In this document: positions 49,888 to 59,493 of the stretch, in pieces | Layout of the letters: each line of letters starts with the position of its first letter | How positions within the stretch are numbered: position 1 is the first letter of the stretch | Assembly (NCBI GenBank): GCA_031552195.1 | Contig: JAVBMT010000023.1 | Location: 104,364 to 168,363 of the forward strand | Source of the DNA: Desulfovibrionaceae bacterium | GTDB taxonomy: Bacteria > Desulfobacterota > Desulfovibrionia > Desulfovibrionales > Desulfovibrionaceae | DNA length: 64,000 bases | Direction of reading: 5' to 3' | Position numbers and translations under genes: made by a program | Notes under the pieces: model-generated | What the model was told of the DNA's origin: nothing | Database searches by the model: none | Seen by the model: the letters and a program-made list of their open reading frames with translations, nothing else

Positions 49888-50754
49888 ATGACGATGCGTA
49901 ACGCCTTAACCGTAGACGTGGAAGATTATTTTCAGGTAAGCGCCTTTGAAAACAGCATAGCCCGCTCTGACTGGGACTCTATGCCGCAGCGCGCCGAAGC
50001 CAACACAGAAAAAGTTTTACGGCTGTTTGAAAATTGCAAGGTGCGCGCCACTTTTTTTGTTCTCGGCTGGCTGGCGGAGCGCCACCCTGACCTTGTGCGC
50101 GCCATAGCCGGAGCCGGGCACGAAGTAGCCTGCCATGGCTATTCCCACCGCCGCATAACCACCATGAGCAGAGAGGAATTCGCGCTGGATATACGAAAGG
50201 CGCGGGAACTTCTGCAAGATATCTCCGGGCAGCCCGTCAACGGATACCGCGCCCCTAGCTACACGGTCACCGCCAAAACCCTCTGGGCCCTTGATGAACT
50301 GATTGCCGCCGGTTTTACTTACGATTCCAGTATTTTTCCGATCTATCACGATACCTACGGCATACCGGACGCGCAACGTTTTCCTCACATAATAACCAGG
50401 GAGCAGGGTACGATTCGTGAATTTCCGCCTACCACGCTGGAATTGAACCTTCCAGGCAAAAAGATCAATCTGCCGGTGGCCGGTGGCGGTTACCTGCGCC
50501 TTTTGCCCGGCAAATGGATATCCGCCGCATTTAAAAAAATAAACCGCGAAAACCGCCCCTGCGTGCTTTATTTCCACCCTTGGGAAATAGACCCTGATCA
50601 ACCGCGCATAAAAAAGGCTCCGCTCAAGTCGCGTTTCAGGCACTACCTGAATCTGGGCACAACGGAAAATAAGCTGCGCCTGCTGCTTTCTTCACACTCC
50701 TTTACCACCATGGAAGAGACGCTCGCGGAGGTTCTGCCCGATGCCAGGCCTTAA
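49888..50754 (+). CDS. Polysaccharide deacetylase family protein (XrtA/PEP-CTERM locus subfamily)
   Basis: The family-typical N-terminus is NALTVDVEDYFQV. It also contains ATFFVLGWLAERHPDLVRAIAGAGHEVACHGYSH. Confidence 0.9.
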   Translation: MTMRNALTVDVEDYFQVSAFENSIARSDWDSMPQRAEANTEKVLRLFENCKVRATFFVLGWLAERHPDLVRAIAGAGHEVACHGYSHRRITTMSREEFALDIRKARELLQDISGQPVNGYRAPSYTVTAKTLWALDELIAAGFTYDSSIFPIYHDTYGIPDAQRFPHIITREQGTIREFPPTTLELNLPGKKINLPVAGGGYLRLLPGKWISAAFKKINRENRPCVLYFHPWEIDPDQPRIKKAPLKSRFRHYLNLGTTENKLRLLLSSHSFTTMEETLAEVLPDARP

Positions 50755-51787
50755 AACTGCCGTTCTTGACCTTGCCGACAGCGCCGCCATGGCCGCCTGG
50801 AAGGCTTACACGGCCGAAAAGCCGGAAGCCTTCGGCTATCACGACCCGGTTTGGCTGGAGATAATCCGCGAAGCTTTCGGGCACCCGGTCTATCCACTGG
50901 CGGTCTACAAAGACAACGCCATAAGCGGGGTGCTGCCCCTTGTTCTGGTGGCCAGCCGCCTTTTCGGACGCTTTCTGGTCTCAATGCCTTTCGTCAATTA
51001 CGGAGGGACGCTGGCGGACGATGACGAAAGCGCCGAAGCCCTGCTGGAAGAAGCTTCCCGGCTTATGCGCGAACTTAAAGCCGAAAGCGTCGAATTGCGC
51101 TATACCACGTCATATCCTTCCAGTTTACCGGCGCGCGGCCATAAAGTCAGCCTGTACCTTGACCTTGAGGCGAGCCCGGACGCGATGTGGCGCGGCTTCA
51201 AGGACAAAGTGCGCAATCAGGTGCGCAAAGCGCAGAAAAACGGCTTGAGCGTGATTCACGGCGGGGCTGAATTGCTTGATGACTTCTATAAGGTTTTCCA
51301 GGTAAACATGCGCGCCCTCGGAACTCCGGTTTATGGGAAGAAGCTGTTTGAAACCGTGCTGGAAAAACTGCCGGAGCAATGCTCCATACTGAGCGTGAGA
51401 CAAAACGGCGCATGCCTGGCCGCAGGAATAACATACGGGCACGGCAAGGTCATGGAACTGCCCTGGGCCTCTTCGCTGCCGGCCTTCCGAAACCTTTGCC
51501 CGAACAATCTGCTTTACTGGGAAGCCATCAGCAAAGCCTGCTCGGAAGGATATTCCCTCTTTGACTTCGGCCGTTCATCTCCCGATAGCGGACCCTGGCG
51601 TTTCAAAATACAGTGGGGGGCCAAAGAGCTGCCTTTGCATTGGGCCTACCTGCTAGCCCCAGGCAACGAGATGCCCGACCTTTCCGTAAACAACTCCAGC
51701 TTCAGCCTGGCCATAAAGGTGTGGCAGCGCATGCCCCTTACCCTGACCAATCTGCTCGGCCCGAGGATAGTGAAATGGATTCCCTGA
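50741..51787 (+). CDS. FemAB-related (GNAT-fold) protein, PEP-CTERM system-associated
   Basis: It is 348 aa and overlaps both neighbours (14 nt and 13 nt). The size, the position after the deacetylase, and sequences such as NNLLYWEAISKACSEGYSLFDFGRS match the FemAB-like family found in XrtA loci. Confidence 0.75.
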   Translation: MPGLKTAVLDLADSAAMAAWKAYTAEKPEAFGYHDPVWLEIIREAFGHPVYPLAVYKDNAISGVLPLVLVASRLFGRFLVSMPFVNYGGTLADDDESAEALLEEASRLMRELKAESVELRYTTSYPSSLPARGHKVSLYLDLEASPDAMWRGFKDKVRNQVRKAQKNGLSVIHGGAELLDDFYKVFQVNMRALGTPVYGKKLFETVLEKLPEQCSILSVRQNGACLAAGITYGHGKVMELPWASSLPAFRNLCPNNLLYWEAISKACSEGYSLFDFGRSSPDSGPWRFKIQWGAKELPLHWAYLLAPGNEMPDLSVNNSSFSLAIKVWQRMPLTLTNLLGPRIVKWIP

Positions 51788-53064
51788 AAAAACTACGCAT
51801 GCTCCCGCCTGGCGGAGCGCCAGTCACGCTTGGCGGCGTAAAAAACGGCCTTGCGGCGGCCCGCCGCCGCGACCAGGCCCTTGAAGACCTCCGTCAAGCT
51901 TTTAAAACCCGTTACGGGGCGCGGCATATTTTCGCGACGAGCTCAGGCCGCAGCGCCCTGAGCATTCTGTTCACCCTGCTGCGCCTTTCCGCCTTGGAGG
52001 CGAAAAACGGGCGCGACCAGATTCTTCTTCCGGCCTACGTGTCTTTTTCCCTGCCCGCGGCAGTGGTCAAAGCCAAATGCCGGGTAGCCCTGTACGATGT
52101 TGATCCGCTGACCCTGGCTCCAAAGCTGGAAAGCGTCAAAGCCGCCATTTCGGAACGTTCGCTTGCCGTGGTGGCCTGCCACCAGTTCGGCTACCCGTTC
52201 GACCTCGCCCCGATGACCGAGCTTTGCCGCGAATATGGCGTCATGCTTGTTGACGACGCGGCGCAAGGGCTTGGCGCCTCATGCTCAGGCAAAGCGGCCG
52301 GACGCATGGGCGACGCCGGAATTTTCAGTTTCGGCCGCAGCAAACCGCTAACAGCCTTTTCCGGCGGCCTGCTGCTGACGGATGACGACAACCTGGCCGA
52401 ACGGTTTGAAATTCTGGCCGAGCAAATTACCGGCGGCAGAAAAGCCGGAATCTTGCTGCCCTTAAAAATTCTCGGGCTGTGGCTGACCAGGCGCCCGGAA
52501 ATTTATCTCTTTCCAGCGTCCGTTCCCTGGCTGAAACTCGGAGCCTCCATTTTCGACCCGAATTTCACGCATGAACCGTTCAGCCCAATGCAGGCCGGGC
52601 TGCTGGAATATTCGCTGGACAGGCTTGACAGCATCAATGAAAGCCGCGCCGCCAAAGCTGAAATATACCGCCAGGCCCTTTTCGGAGACGGCCGGAATCC
52701 GCCTTGCCCGGAACTGCGCGGAGTAAGCGTGGAAAGCGGCGCAACGCCCATACACCTGCGCTTCCCCCTGCTGCCCGCTTCCGGCGATGGAAAAGAAGCC
52801 TTTGACACGCTGGAGCTTGTCGACCAAAAACTCGGCATCAGCCGTGGTTTTCCGCTGGCGCTGGATGAAATTCCCGAACTGCTTCCACACCTTGACGCGC
52901 CCGCACAAAACGGGCCTGACGGCAATTTCCCCGGCGCGCGCCTGCTTGCCCGCAAACTTGTCACCCTGCCCACGCACGACCAGGTCACAGACGGCGATTG
53001 CCGCCGGATATTGGCCCGCATTAGCGCGAAACTCGGCAGAAATTTCACAGGCGCGGGAGAATGA
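51775..53064 (+). CDS. DegT/DnrJ/EryC1/StrS-like PLP-dependent enzyme (aminotransferase fold)
   Basis: I place the start at ATG 51775 (MDSLKKL...); the track's upstream extension overlaps the FemAB gene. It contains VDDAAQGLGA and a putative PLP lysine in GIFSFGRSKPLTAFSGG. Confidence 0.75.
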   Translation: MDSLKKLRMLPPGGAPVTLGGVKNGLAAARRRDQALEDLRQAFKTRYGARHIFATSSGRSALSILFTLLRLSALEAKNGRDQILLPAYVSFSLPAAVVKAKCRVALYDVDPLTLAPKLESVKAAISERSLAVVACHQFGYPFDLAPMTELCREYGVMLVDDAAQGLGASCSGKAAGRMGDAGIFSFGRSKPLTAFSGGLLLTDDDNLAERFEILAEQITGGRKAGILLPLKILGLWLTRRPEIYLFPASVPWLKLGASIFDPNFTHEPFSPMQAGLLEYSLDRLDSINESRAAKAEIYRQALFGDGRNPPCPELRGVSVESGATPIHLRFPLLPASGDGKEAFDTLELVDQKLGISRGFPLALDEIPELLPHLDAPAQNGPDGNFPGARLLARKLVTLPTHDQVTDGDCRRILARISAKLGRNFTGAGE

Positions 53065-53065
53065 A

Positions 53066-54196
53066 ATGGACGGCGTGATTATTCTTAGCTTCGGGCTGCT
53101 GGGCTACGCTTTTTTCCTTTACCCGCTCATCTTGCGCCGCATGGCGCGCCCAGACGCCGTTGATTCCGTACAACACCCCGAAGACCAGCCTTCGGTCAGC
53201 GTTCTGCTTTCCGTGTACAATGAAGCGGAAGTTATCGAACGGAAAATAGAGAACTTCCTGGCCCTGGAATATCCGCCTGACCGCCTTGAACTGATCATCG
53301 TTTCCGACGGTAGCGGCGACGGCACGGACGACCTGGCGCGCCGGGCCGCATCCGGCCATGAAGGCATGGTCAGGCTGCTGCGCCAGGAAGGGCGGCTCGG
53401 CAAGACCAGCGCCCTGAACATGGCGGCCTCCGAAGCCAGAGGGGATATACTGTTTTTTACCGACGCCGACAGCATGCTGAAAAAAGACTGCCTGACCATG
53501 CTCATGCGCCCGTTTGCCGACCCGGCGGTCGGCCTGGCCGGCGGACGCAGCCTGTATGTGGATGATTACGGACGGGAAACCGCCGGAAGCATATACCGCC
53601 GCTATGAAGAAATGCTGAAACAGCGCGAGGGCGACGCCTTCGGCATAGTCGGCGCTGACGGGGCGGTGTATGCCATGCGCAAGGAACTGTATTCCGCCCT
53701 GCCGCCGGAATACATCAATGATCTGCTTCACCCCGTGCAGGTTGTGCTGGCCGGAAAAAAAGCCGTGGGCGTGCCGGAGGCGCTAATAACCGAACGCAGC
53801 GAGGAGTCTGACAACCGCACGGAACTGGCGCGGCAAACCCGCATGATGGCCCAGGCCTGGCTGATTTTCGGCAAACATGCCCGCCCGTTGCTTGCCGCCG
53901 GGCGATACGGATTTTTCTGGCAGTTTATTTCACATAAGGTCATACGCTGGCTGGCTGTTCCGCTAATGCTCGCCGGCGCGCTGGCCGCCGTTTTCTCGCA
54001 CGGATTTCTGGCTCAAACCGCCCTTTGGAGCCTGGGGGCCATAGCTCTTATGTCAGCGCTCGGCTCAAAAGGCGCCGGCGGCCGCCTGTCCCGCGCGGCC
54101 TGGCTCTTTATGCTGCAAAGCGCTGCCGCCATGCTGGGGCTTTACCGCCTGATCAAGGGCGATAAATTTGTGACCTGGACTCCTAGAGCGAATTGA
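53066..54196 (+). CDS. Family 2 glycosyltransferase with flanking TM helices
   Basis: I place the start at ATG 53066, after GGGAGA. It contains SVLLSVYNEAEVIERKIENFLALEYPPDRLELIIVSDGSGDGTDD and the DxD motif FFTDADS. There is one N-terminal hydrophobic helix and three to four C-terminal ones. Confidence 0.85.
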   Translation: MDGVIILSFGLLGYAFFLYPLILRRMARPDAVDSVQHPEDQPSVSVLLSVYNEAEVIERKIENFLALEYPPDRLELIIVSDGSGDGTDDLARRAASGHEGMVRLLRQEGRLGKTSALNMAASEARGDILFFTDADSMLKKDCLTMLMRPFADPAVGLAGGRSLYVDDYGRETAGSIYRRYEEMLKQREGDAFGIVGADGAVYAMRKELYSALPPEYINDLLHPVQVVLAGKKAVGVPEALITERSEESDNRTELARQTRMMAQAWLIFGKHARPLLAAGRYGFFWQFISHKVIRWLAVPLMLAGALAAVFSHGFLAQTALWSLGAIALMSALGSKGAGGRLSRAAWLFMLQSAAAMLGLYRLIKGDKFVTWTPRAN

Positions 54197-54382
54197 CCCT
54201 GAAAATATTGAAAGAGCCCTGGCAATATATGATGAATTCCAGTAAAGACGAAGTATTGCGTGCATGTGATTCAATCCGTCAAGGCTTGAACGTCTGAGAT
54301 AAAATCACTGCCCTCTGATTTTTAAAAAGGCAGTAAAAATTTATCGTTTTAAAGTATAAAACACTCCAGAGGCAGTAAACCG

Positions 54383-55555
54383 ATGCAAAATGTGCTTGTA
54401 ACCGCGGCTGGAACACGAGTGGCCTACTCCATCTGCAAAAGCCTGGCCCGGCACGGCGTGAAAGTATACGCGGGCGACAGCGCCCCCACTCCCATGACGG
54501 CCTTTTCGCGCCACTGCGCCGGTTCTTTGCGCTATGCCTCGCCCTTTATGGCCGAAGAGCAATTTCTGGCCGACTTAAATACTTTCATCACCCGGCACGA
54601 TATAAAGATTCTTGTTCCGGTGCTTGAAGAAAGTTTTTGCATAGCTAAAAACCTGCACCGTCTTCCGGAGGGGTTGCGCGTGGCCTTGCCTGACTACGCG
54701 ACCATCCTGAAACTGCATGACAAAGGCAGCATGGCACGCATCGCGAGCGCCATAGGCGTTGCCGTTCCTCAAACTTACGAAGCGGCCGACGTGCTTGCCG
54801 ACCCCGGGCTTCTTTCCAACCTGCGCTTTCCATCCCTTATCAAGCCCAAACAGGGCGGCGGGGGCTGGGCCGTAATGCACTTCGACTCGCCGGAACCCAT
54901 GCTGGAAACCATAAGGCAACCGGATTTCCAGGCCGACCGCTTCCTGGTGCAACAGAAAATAGACGGCGAGGCCATCTGCGTTTGCGCCGTGTACCAAAAC
55001 GGGCAATATATAACCGGTGACGCGTACCGGGCGGTCAAGGCCTATCCGGTGCCTTACGGCCAGCCCACCATCAGGGAAACGGTTTCCGGCGGGCAATCTT
55101 TGGAAAACCTGAAAAAATTGCTCGACCATGTCGGCTGGCACGGCGTTTGCGAAGCTGATTTCCTGGTGGACAGGCAAACCGGAGAAAGCTGGCTGCTGGA
55201 CGTGAACCCCCGCTTCTGGGGTTCAGTCGGCCACAATGTCGCCGCCGGGGTTGATTACCCGTATTACTACTATCGCCTGGCCCTCGGCGAAACCAATCTT
55301 TATCCGGAAAGCAGCATCGCCGGAACCCGCACCAAATGGCTGGGCGGAGACATCCTGCGCTTTGCCGTAGAGTTTTCCCAGGCACAAGGCAAGTTCGCCT
55401 TCCTCAAAGAAAGCTGGAACAGTCATAAGCGAATCAAAGCCTATGACGACTGGGGGCTGACAGATCCCCTGCCTTTTCTGGTTTGGGTATATAACCGTTG
55501 CGCGGACAGAATTTTCAAACGCCAGCGCGATGTGCTGCCCGGCGTATGGCAATAG
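54383..55555 (+). CDS. ATP-grasp domain protein
   Basis: The ATP-grasp glycine-rich loop is SLIKPKQGGGGWAV. It also contains EADFLVDRQTGESWLLDVNPRFWGS. Confidence 0.8.
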   Translation: MQNVLVTAAGTRVAYSICKSLARHGVKVYAGDSAPTPMTAFSRHCAGSLRYASPFMAEEQFLADLNTFITRHDIKILVPVLEESFCIAKNLHRLPEGLRVALPDYATILKLHDKGSMARIASAIGVAVPQTYEAADVLADPGLLSNLRFPSLIKPKQGGGGWAVMHFDSPEPMLETIRQPDFQADRFLVQQKIDGEAICVCAVYQNGQYITGDAYRAVKAYPVPYGQPTIRETVSGGQSLENLKKLLDHVGWHGVCEADFLVDRQTGESWLLDVNPRFWGSVGHNVAAGVDYPYYYYRLALGETNLYPESSIAGTRTKWLGGDILRFAVEFSQAQGKFAFLKESWNSHKRIKAYDDWGLTDPLPFLVWVYNRCADRIFKRQRDVLPGVWQ

Positions 55556-55742
55556 GACGAATTCGCATTGAGAATGCCGATATGCCTTGGCGCACGAACG
55601 CGTGGATAAATAAAGCAACATGCCTTTGACTCAAGCGGTTAAAGCACGGACATATGCGGAAAACAACAATGCTTCCGCGGTTAAAAAAGCCGTAAACGAG
55701 CAGTAATTCCGGTGCGGAACTTCCGCCTAAAGAGAGCGTATA

Positions 55743-56903
55743 ATGGGTTCAGAACAAGCCGCCGTGCGGTCAAGACGCATCCAATCCATCGACATGATGC
55801 GCGGAATATGCATCATTATCATGGTTATCGGGCACACCCGCGCCAGTTTGGGCAAATATGCCGAAATGGCCTTCGGGGCGGCTACCATGCTGCCGGAACC
55901 AACAGACCTTGCCGTTGCCCGGCCGATAATGTTTCTGATGCGCCTGATTTCTCACCCGGCAGCTGTAGCCTTCATCTTTTTGGCAGGGGTCAGCGTTTAC
56001 CTGTGGCAAAAAAAATACGGAGAATCCAGATCGCTTACCCGATATCTGTTCCTGCGCGGTCTGGCGTTAATAGGAATTAACTTCATACTGAATACCACCG
56101 GCCTGTTCTCCGGCCATTTTTCAACCAGCCTGCACGTTCTTTGGGCCATAGGCTTCGGCATGTTGCTGATGATCATTTTCGCCCGCCTGCCAAAGCCGGT
56201 TTTATGGCTTTTGTCCATAGCCATATTGTGCGGCCATAACGCTCTTACAGGCCTTTCCTTCAGTTCTCCGCTTCTTGAAGCCGTCTGGAAAATTCTTTTT
56301 CTTTACGATTCCGTAGCCCTGCCTGGCGGCGGCGCTATTTATCTCCCTTTTCCCACTATGCCCTGGGTTGTTATGATGATGTTGGGCTACCTCTGCGGCG
56401 GCTTGTTCACGCTGGACAAAAACCGCATCCGCATTTTCATGATGACAGGTCTGGCCTGCATGGCGGCATTTCTAGTTCTGCGCTATTTCCGCTGCTATGG
56501 CGACCCTGATCCATGGCTGACCTACCAGGAAACATGGAAAACTATCGCTTCGTTTTTTAATATTGAAAAATATCCTCCCTCTCTCCAATTTTCGCTGTTT
56601 TCCTTTGCCTGCGTGTTCTGGGGCCTGGCTTTTCTTGAACGCTACAAAATTGCAATTCCCTCCGTCATATTATTGGGCAATGAATCTCTGCTCATGTACT
56701 TCGGGCACCTTGTCATATTGAAAGCCGTGCCGAGAATATTGTCCCTGATAAACAATGACTGGACCGCGGCCGCCTTTCCTTATGTTTTCACTTTGAAGGG
56801 AACCTTCGTCTACTCGGCGCTGATTATAGCAGCTCTTTATCCCTGCTGCGTATTGCTGCAAAGCCGCAAAGCCGCAAAGCGCAAAGCCATCCGCTCGGCT
56901 TAG
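55743..56903 (+). CDS. Integral-membrane acyltransferase-like protein (DUF1624 / heparan-alpha-glucosaminide N-acetyltransferase-like)
   Basis: It contains RIQSIDMMRGICIIIMVIGH, followed by about 9-10 hydrophobic helices. Confidence 0.7.
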   Translation: MGSEQAAVRSRRIQSIDMMRGICIIIMVIGHTRASLGKYAEMAFGAATMLPEPTDLAVARPIMFLMRLISHPAAVAFIFLAGVSVYLWQKKYGESRSLTRYLFLRGLALIGINFILNTTGLFSGHFSTSLHVLWAIGFGMLLMIIFARLPKPVLWLLSIAILCGHNALTGLSFSSPLLEAVWKILFLYDSVALPGGGAIYLPFPTMPWVVMMMLGYLCGGLFTLDKNRIRIFMMTGLACMAAFLVLRYFRCYGDPDPWLTYQETWKTIASFFNIEKYPPSLQFSLFSFACVFWGLAFLERYKIAIPSVILLGNESLLMYFGHLVILKAVPRILSLINNDWTAAAFPYVFTLKGTFVYSALIIAALYPCCVLLQSRKAAKRKAIRSA

Positions 56904-56942
56904 GCAAATGGAACGGACTGTTCCGAAAAACGGCGTACACGC

Positions 56943-58316
56943 ATGATAAACCGCATACTTATATATCTGGTGATGCTCATTACCGTCGGAAGGGCGCTAG
57001 AATTTTTTCCGTTTCTGGCTCCCCTTCAACTGGGCAAAGTAGTGATCGGCGGGGCCACTGTTTACGTGGCTATGACTTTTAACGGCATTAAACGCAACGC
57101 CATCATAAACAACCCGCTAAGCAAGCATATCGGGTTGATAATCATTCTTGGAGGCCTGAGCATTCCTTTCAGCGTCTGGCCTGGGGGAGCTTTCAATTCT
57201 TTTCTCGGCTATATGAGGATTATGCTTATCTTCGCGGTTCTGTGCGCCCTGGCCGGGGCAACCTACTCTCAAAGCGTCATAAACGCCGCCATGTTGACAG
57301 TGGCCGTCCTGGCCTTGCTGATGTTCTTCGCCAGAGGGGCAGGAGGACGGATATCGGTAAGTTCAACCTACGACCCGAACGACATCGCCCTGCTTTTCAC
57401 CATATTCCTGCCGCATCTCATAATAAGCGGCATAACCTCAAAAAATATCATGCGCTATCTCTGGTTCGCCGTTGCCGGACTGGCCCTGACCGGCATTGCC
57501 TTAACGCAATCGCGCGGCGCTATCGTCGCCCTGGCCGCGATTACCCTATACTGCCTTACCCAGCTGAAAAAAGGGCGCATTGCCATATTCCTGCTGGCCT
57601 GCATAGGGTTCGGAATTGTGGCGTACACGGCGGACGACGCCTTCTGGGATCGTTTTACAACCCTGCAAACACAGGAAGACTATAACTTTGAAGCCAAGGA
57701 AGGCCGGGTTGAGATATGGAAAAACGGCCTCGTCATTATGGCGAAAAATCCACTTTTGGGCATTGGAATAGGGCAATTTTCGTCCGCTATGGGAATGATA
57801 GGCAATGGAGTATACCTTACGGCGCATAACGCCTATATCCAAATCGGGGCGGAACTGGGCATTTTCGGTTTAGCGGCCTATTTGCTCATGCTCTGGAAAA
57901 TCGCCGTTATCGCCAGGCGCGGCATGGTCTCTTCGGCCATTTCCCATGCTGACCGATTACGTTATATGGCCTTGCTCATAGGACTTATCGGGTTTATGGC
58001 CGGCTCTTGCTTCTTGTCACAGGCCTACGGTCCCATTTTATGCTCGTATCAGGCCGTAAGCGCGGCCCTTGCCATGCATCTGGTTCGCCTGGAAAATGAA
58101 GCCGCCATTGAGAAGGCGGACTTGCCGGACGCACAGGCCGTAACGCCAATACCGCCACCCGCCAGAGAAGAATACGCCCAGCACAGTCTTGCGGCCAAAG
58201 CGGCCGCCAAACGGGCAAAACGCGAACAGATGCTGAAACGCGGAGACGAAGCTTATAAAAAGCGAAGATCTATAACTGGGCCGGAAAAATCAAGACAAGA
58301 GCGTACACATGATTAA
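56943..58316 (+). CDS. O-antigen ligase/polymerase-like (Wzy_C) membrane protein, exosortase-system associated
   Basis: It is polytopic. The Wzy_C-type loop contains LTQSRGAIVALAAITLY and AHNAYIQIGAELGIFGL. The C-terminal tail is basic. Confidence 0.8.
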   Translation: MINRILIYLVMLITVGRALEFFPFLAPLQLGKVVIGGATVYVAMTFNGIKRNAIINNPLSKHIGLIIILGGLSIPFSVWPGGAFNSFLGYMRIMLIFAVLCALAGATYSQSVINAAMLTVAVLALLMFFARGAGGRISVSSTYDPNDIALLFTIFLPHLIISGITSKNIMRYLWFAVAGLALTGIALTQSRGAIVALAAITLYCLTQLKKGRIAIFLLACIGFGIVAYTADDAFWDRFTTLQTQEDYNFEAKEGRVEIWKNGLVIMAKNPLLGIGIGQFSSAMGMIGNGVYLTAHNAYIQIGAELGIFGLAAYLLMLWKIAVIARRGMVSSAISHADRLRYMALLIGLIGFMAGSCFLSQAYGPILCSYQAVSAALAMHLVRLENEAAIEKADLPDAQAVTPIPPPAREEYAQHSLAAKAAAKRAKREQMLKRGDEAYKKRRSITGPEKSRQERTHD

Positions 58317-59493
58317 TGGTAAGGATTTTATAGTCTTTTCAGACGATTGGGGCAGGCACCCCTTCAGCTGCCAGCATATTATGCGGCATTTTCTGCCGCA
58401 CAACAGGCTGTTGTGGGTGAACACCATCGGCTTGCGGACTCCTAGCCTTACCGCCTATGACATCCGCCGCTCAGCGGAAAAACTTGTTTCATGGCTTAAA
58501 CCCGGCCCTAAACAAGAGCATGTTTCTCTGCCTGAGAATCTGCACGTTATTTCCCCGGTGATGATTCCTTTCAACAATATTCCGCGCGTGCGCTCCTTTA
58601 ACCGCTCAAGCGTCGTCAAATCAGTCCGCGCGGCCATGCGCGCACTGAACATGGACCAGCCTGTTGTTCTTGCCACCCTGCCGAACGCTTCGGAATATGC
58701 CGGTCAATTTGACGAGGCGCTCACGGTCTACTACTGCGTCGACGATTTTACCGTATGGCCGGGCATGAACCAGCCGGAACTGGTAAAGGAAATGGAAGAC
58801 AACCTGTTGCGCCGGGCCGACCTGGTTATTGCCGTTTCCGATTCACTGCGCGGCAGCCGTTCAAACGGACGCGAACCGACTAAACTGCTCACGCACGGCG
58901 TTGAAGTTGATCATTTTTCGCTTGAGGGTAAAATTTTGCCCACCCCGAAAATATTACAGGGTATAAGTCACCCGGTCATAGGGTTTTACGGCCTTATAGA
59001 CAAACACTTCAACGTCGGGCTGGTACGCGCCGTGCTCGAAGCGAAACCGGATTGGCAAGTGGTTTGCATCGGAACAAAACGTATCAGCCTGGAAGAACTT
59101 GAACGCAAACCTAATTTTCACTGGTTTCCAGCCCTGCCGTATCAGGAGCTTCCCGCTGCCGCGGCATGCTTTGACGCGGCTGTTATTCCGTATTTCGTGA
59201 ACGAGCACACCCGTACGGCCAATCCGCTCAAACTGCGCGAATACATGGCTACAGGAAAGCCCGTCGTCACAACGCCAATGCCTGAAGTCTTGCGTTTTTC
59301 CGGCACGATAAAAATAGCCGATGGAGCGGAAAACTTCATAAGGGCAATCGAAGAAGCCCTGGAAGAACCGGTTGACCTTGAAACCCGCCAAGAGGCGCTG
59401 CGCGGTGAAAGCTGGGCGGACAAAGCCGGGCTTGTGTCGGATTGGATTGAAGAAGCCATGGCTTTAAAGAAAAGGAACGCCTGCCCGTCGTGA
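58309..59493 (+). CDS. Glycosyltransferase, GT-B fold (family 1/4-like)
   Basis: It overlaps the upstream gene by 8 nt. The N-terminus is FIVFSDDWGRHPFSCQHIM. The C-terminal part contains NPLKLREYMATGKPVVTTPMPEV. Confidence 0.75.
   Translation: MINGKDFIVFSDDWGRHPFSCQHIMRHFLPHNRLLWVNTIGLRTPSLTAYDIRRSAEKLVSWLKPGPKQEHVSLPENLHVISPVMIPFNNIPRVRSFNRSSVVKSVRAAMRALNMDQPVVLATLPNASEYAGQFDEALTVYYCVDDFTVWPGMNQPELVKEMEDNLLRRADLVIAVSDSLRGSRSNGREPTKLLTHGVEVDHFSLEGKILPTPKILQGISHPVIGFYGLIDKHFNVGLVRAVLEAKPDWQVVCIGTKRISLEELERKPNFHWFPALPYQELPAAAACFDAAVIPYFVNEHTRTANPLKLREYMATGKPVVTTPMPEVLRFSGTIKIADGAENFIRAIEEALEEPVDLETRQEALRGESWADKAGLVSDWIEEAMALKKRNACPS

Noticed and set aside
55556-55742. Direct 9-bp repeat GCGGTTAAA (two copies about 45 bp apart) upstream of the DUF1624 gene, considered as a regulator site
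   Set aside because: A single short repeat pair with no dyad symmetry or promoter context could easily arise by chance.
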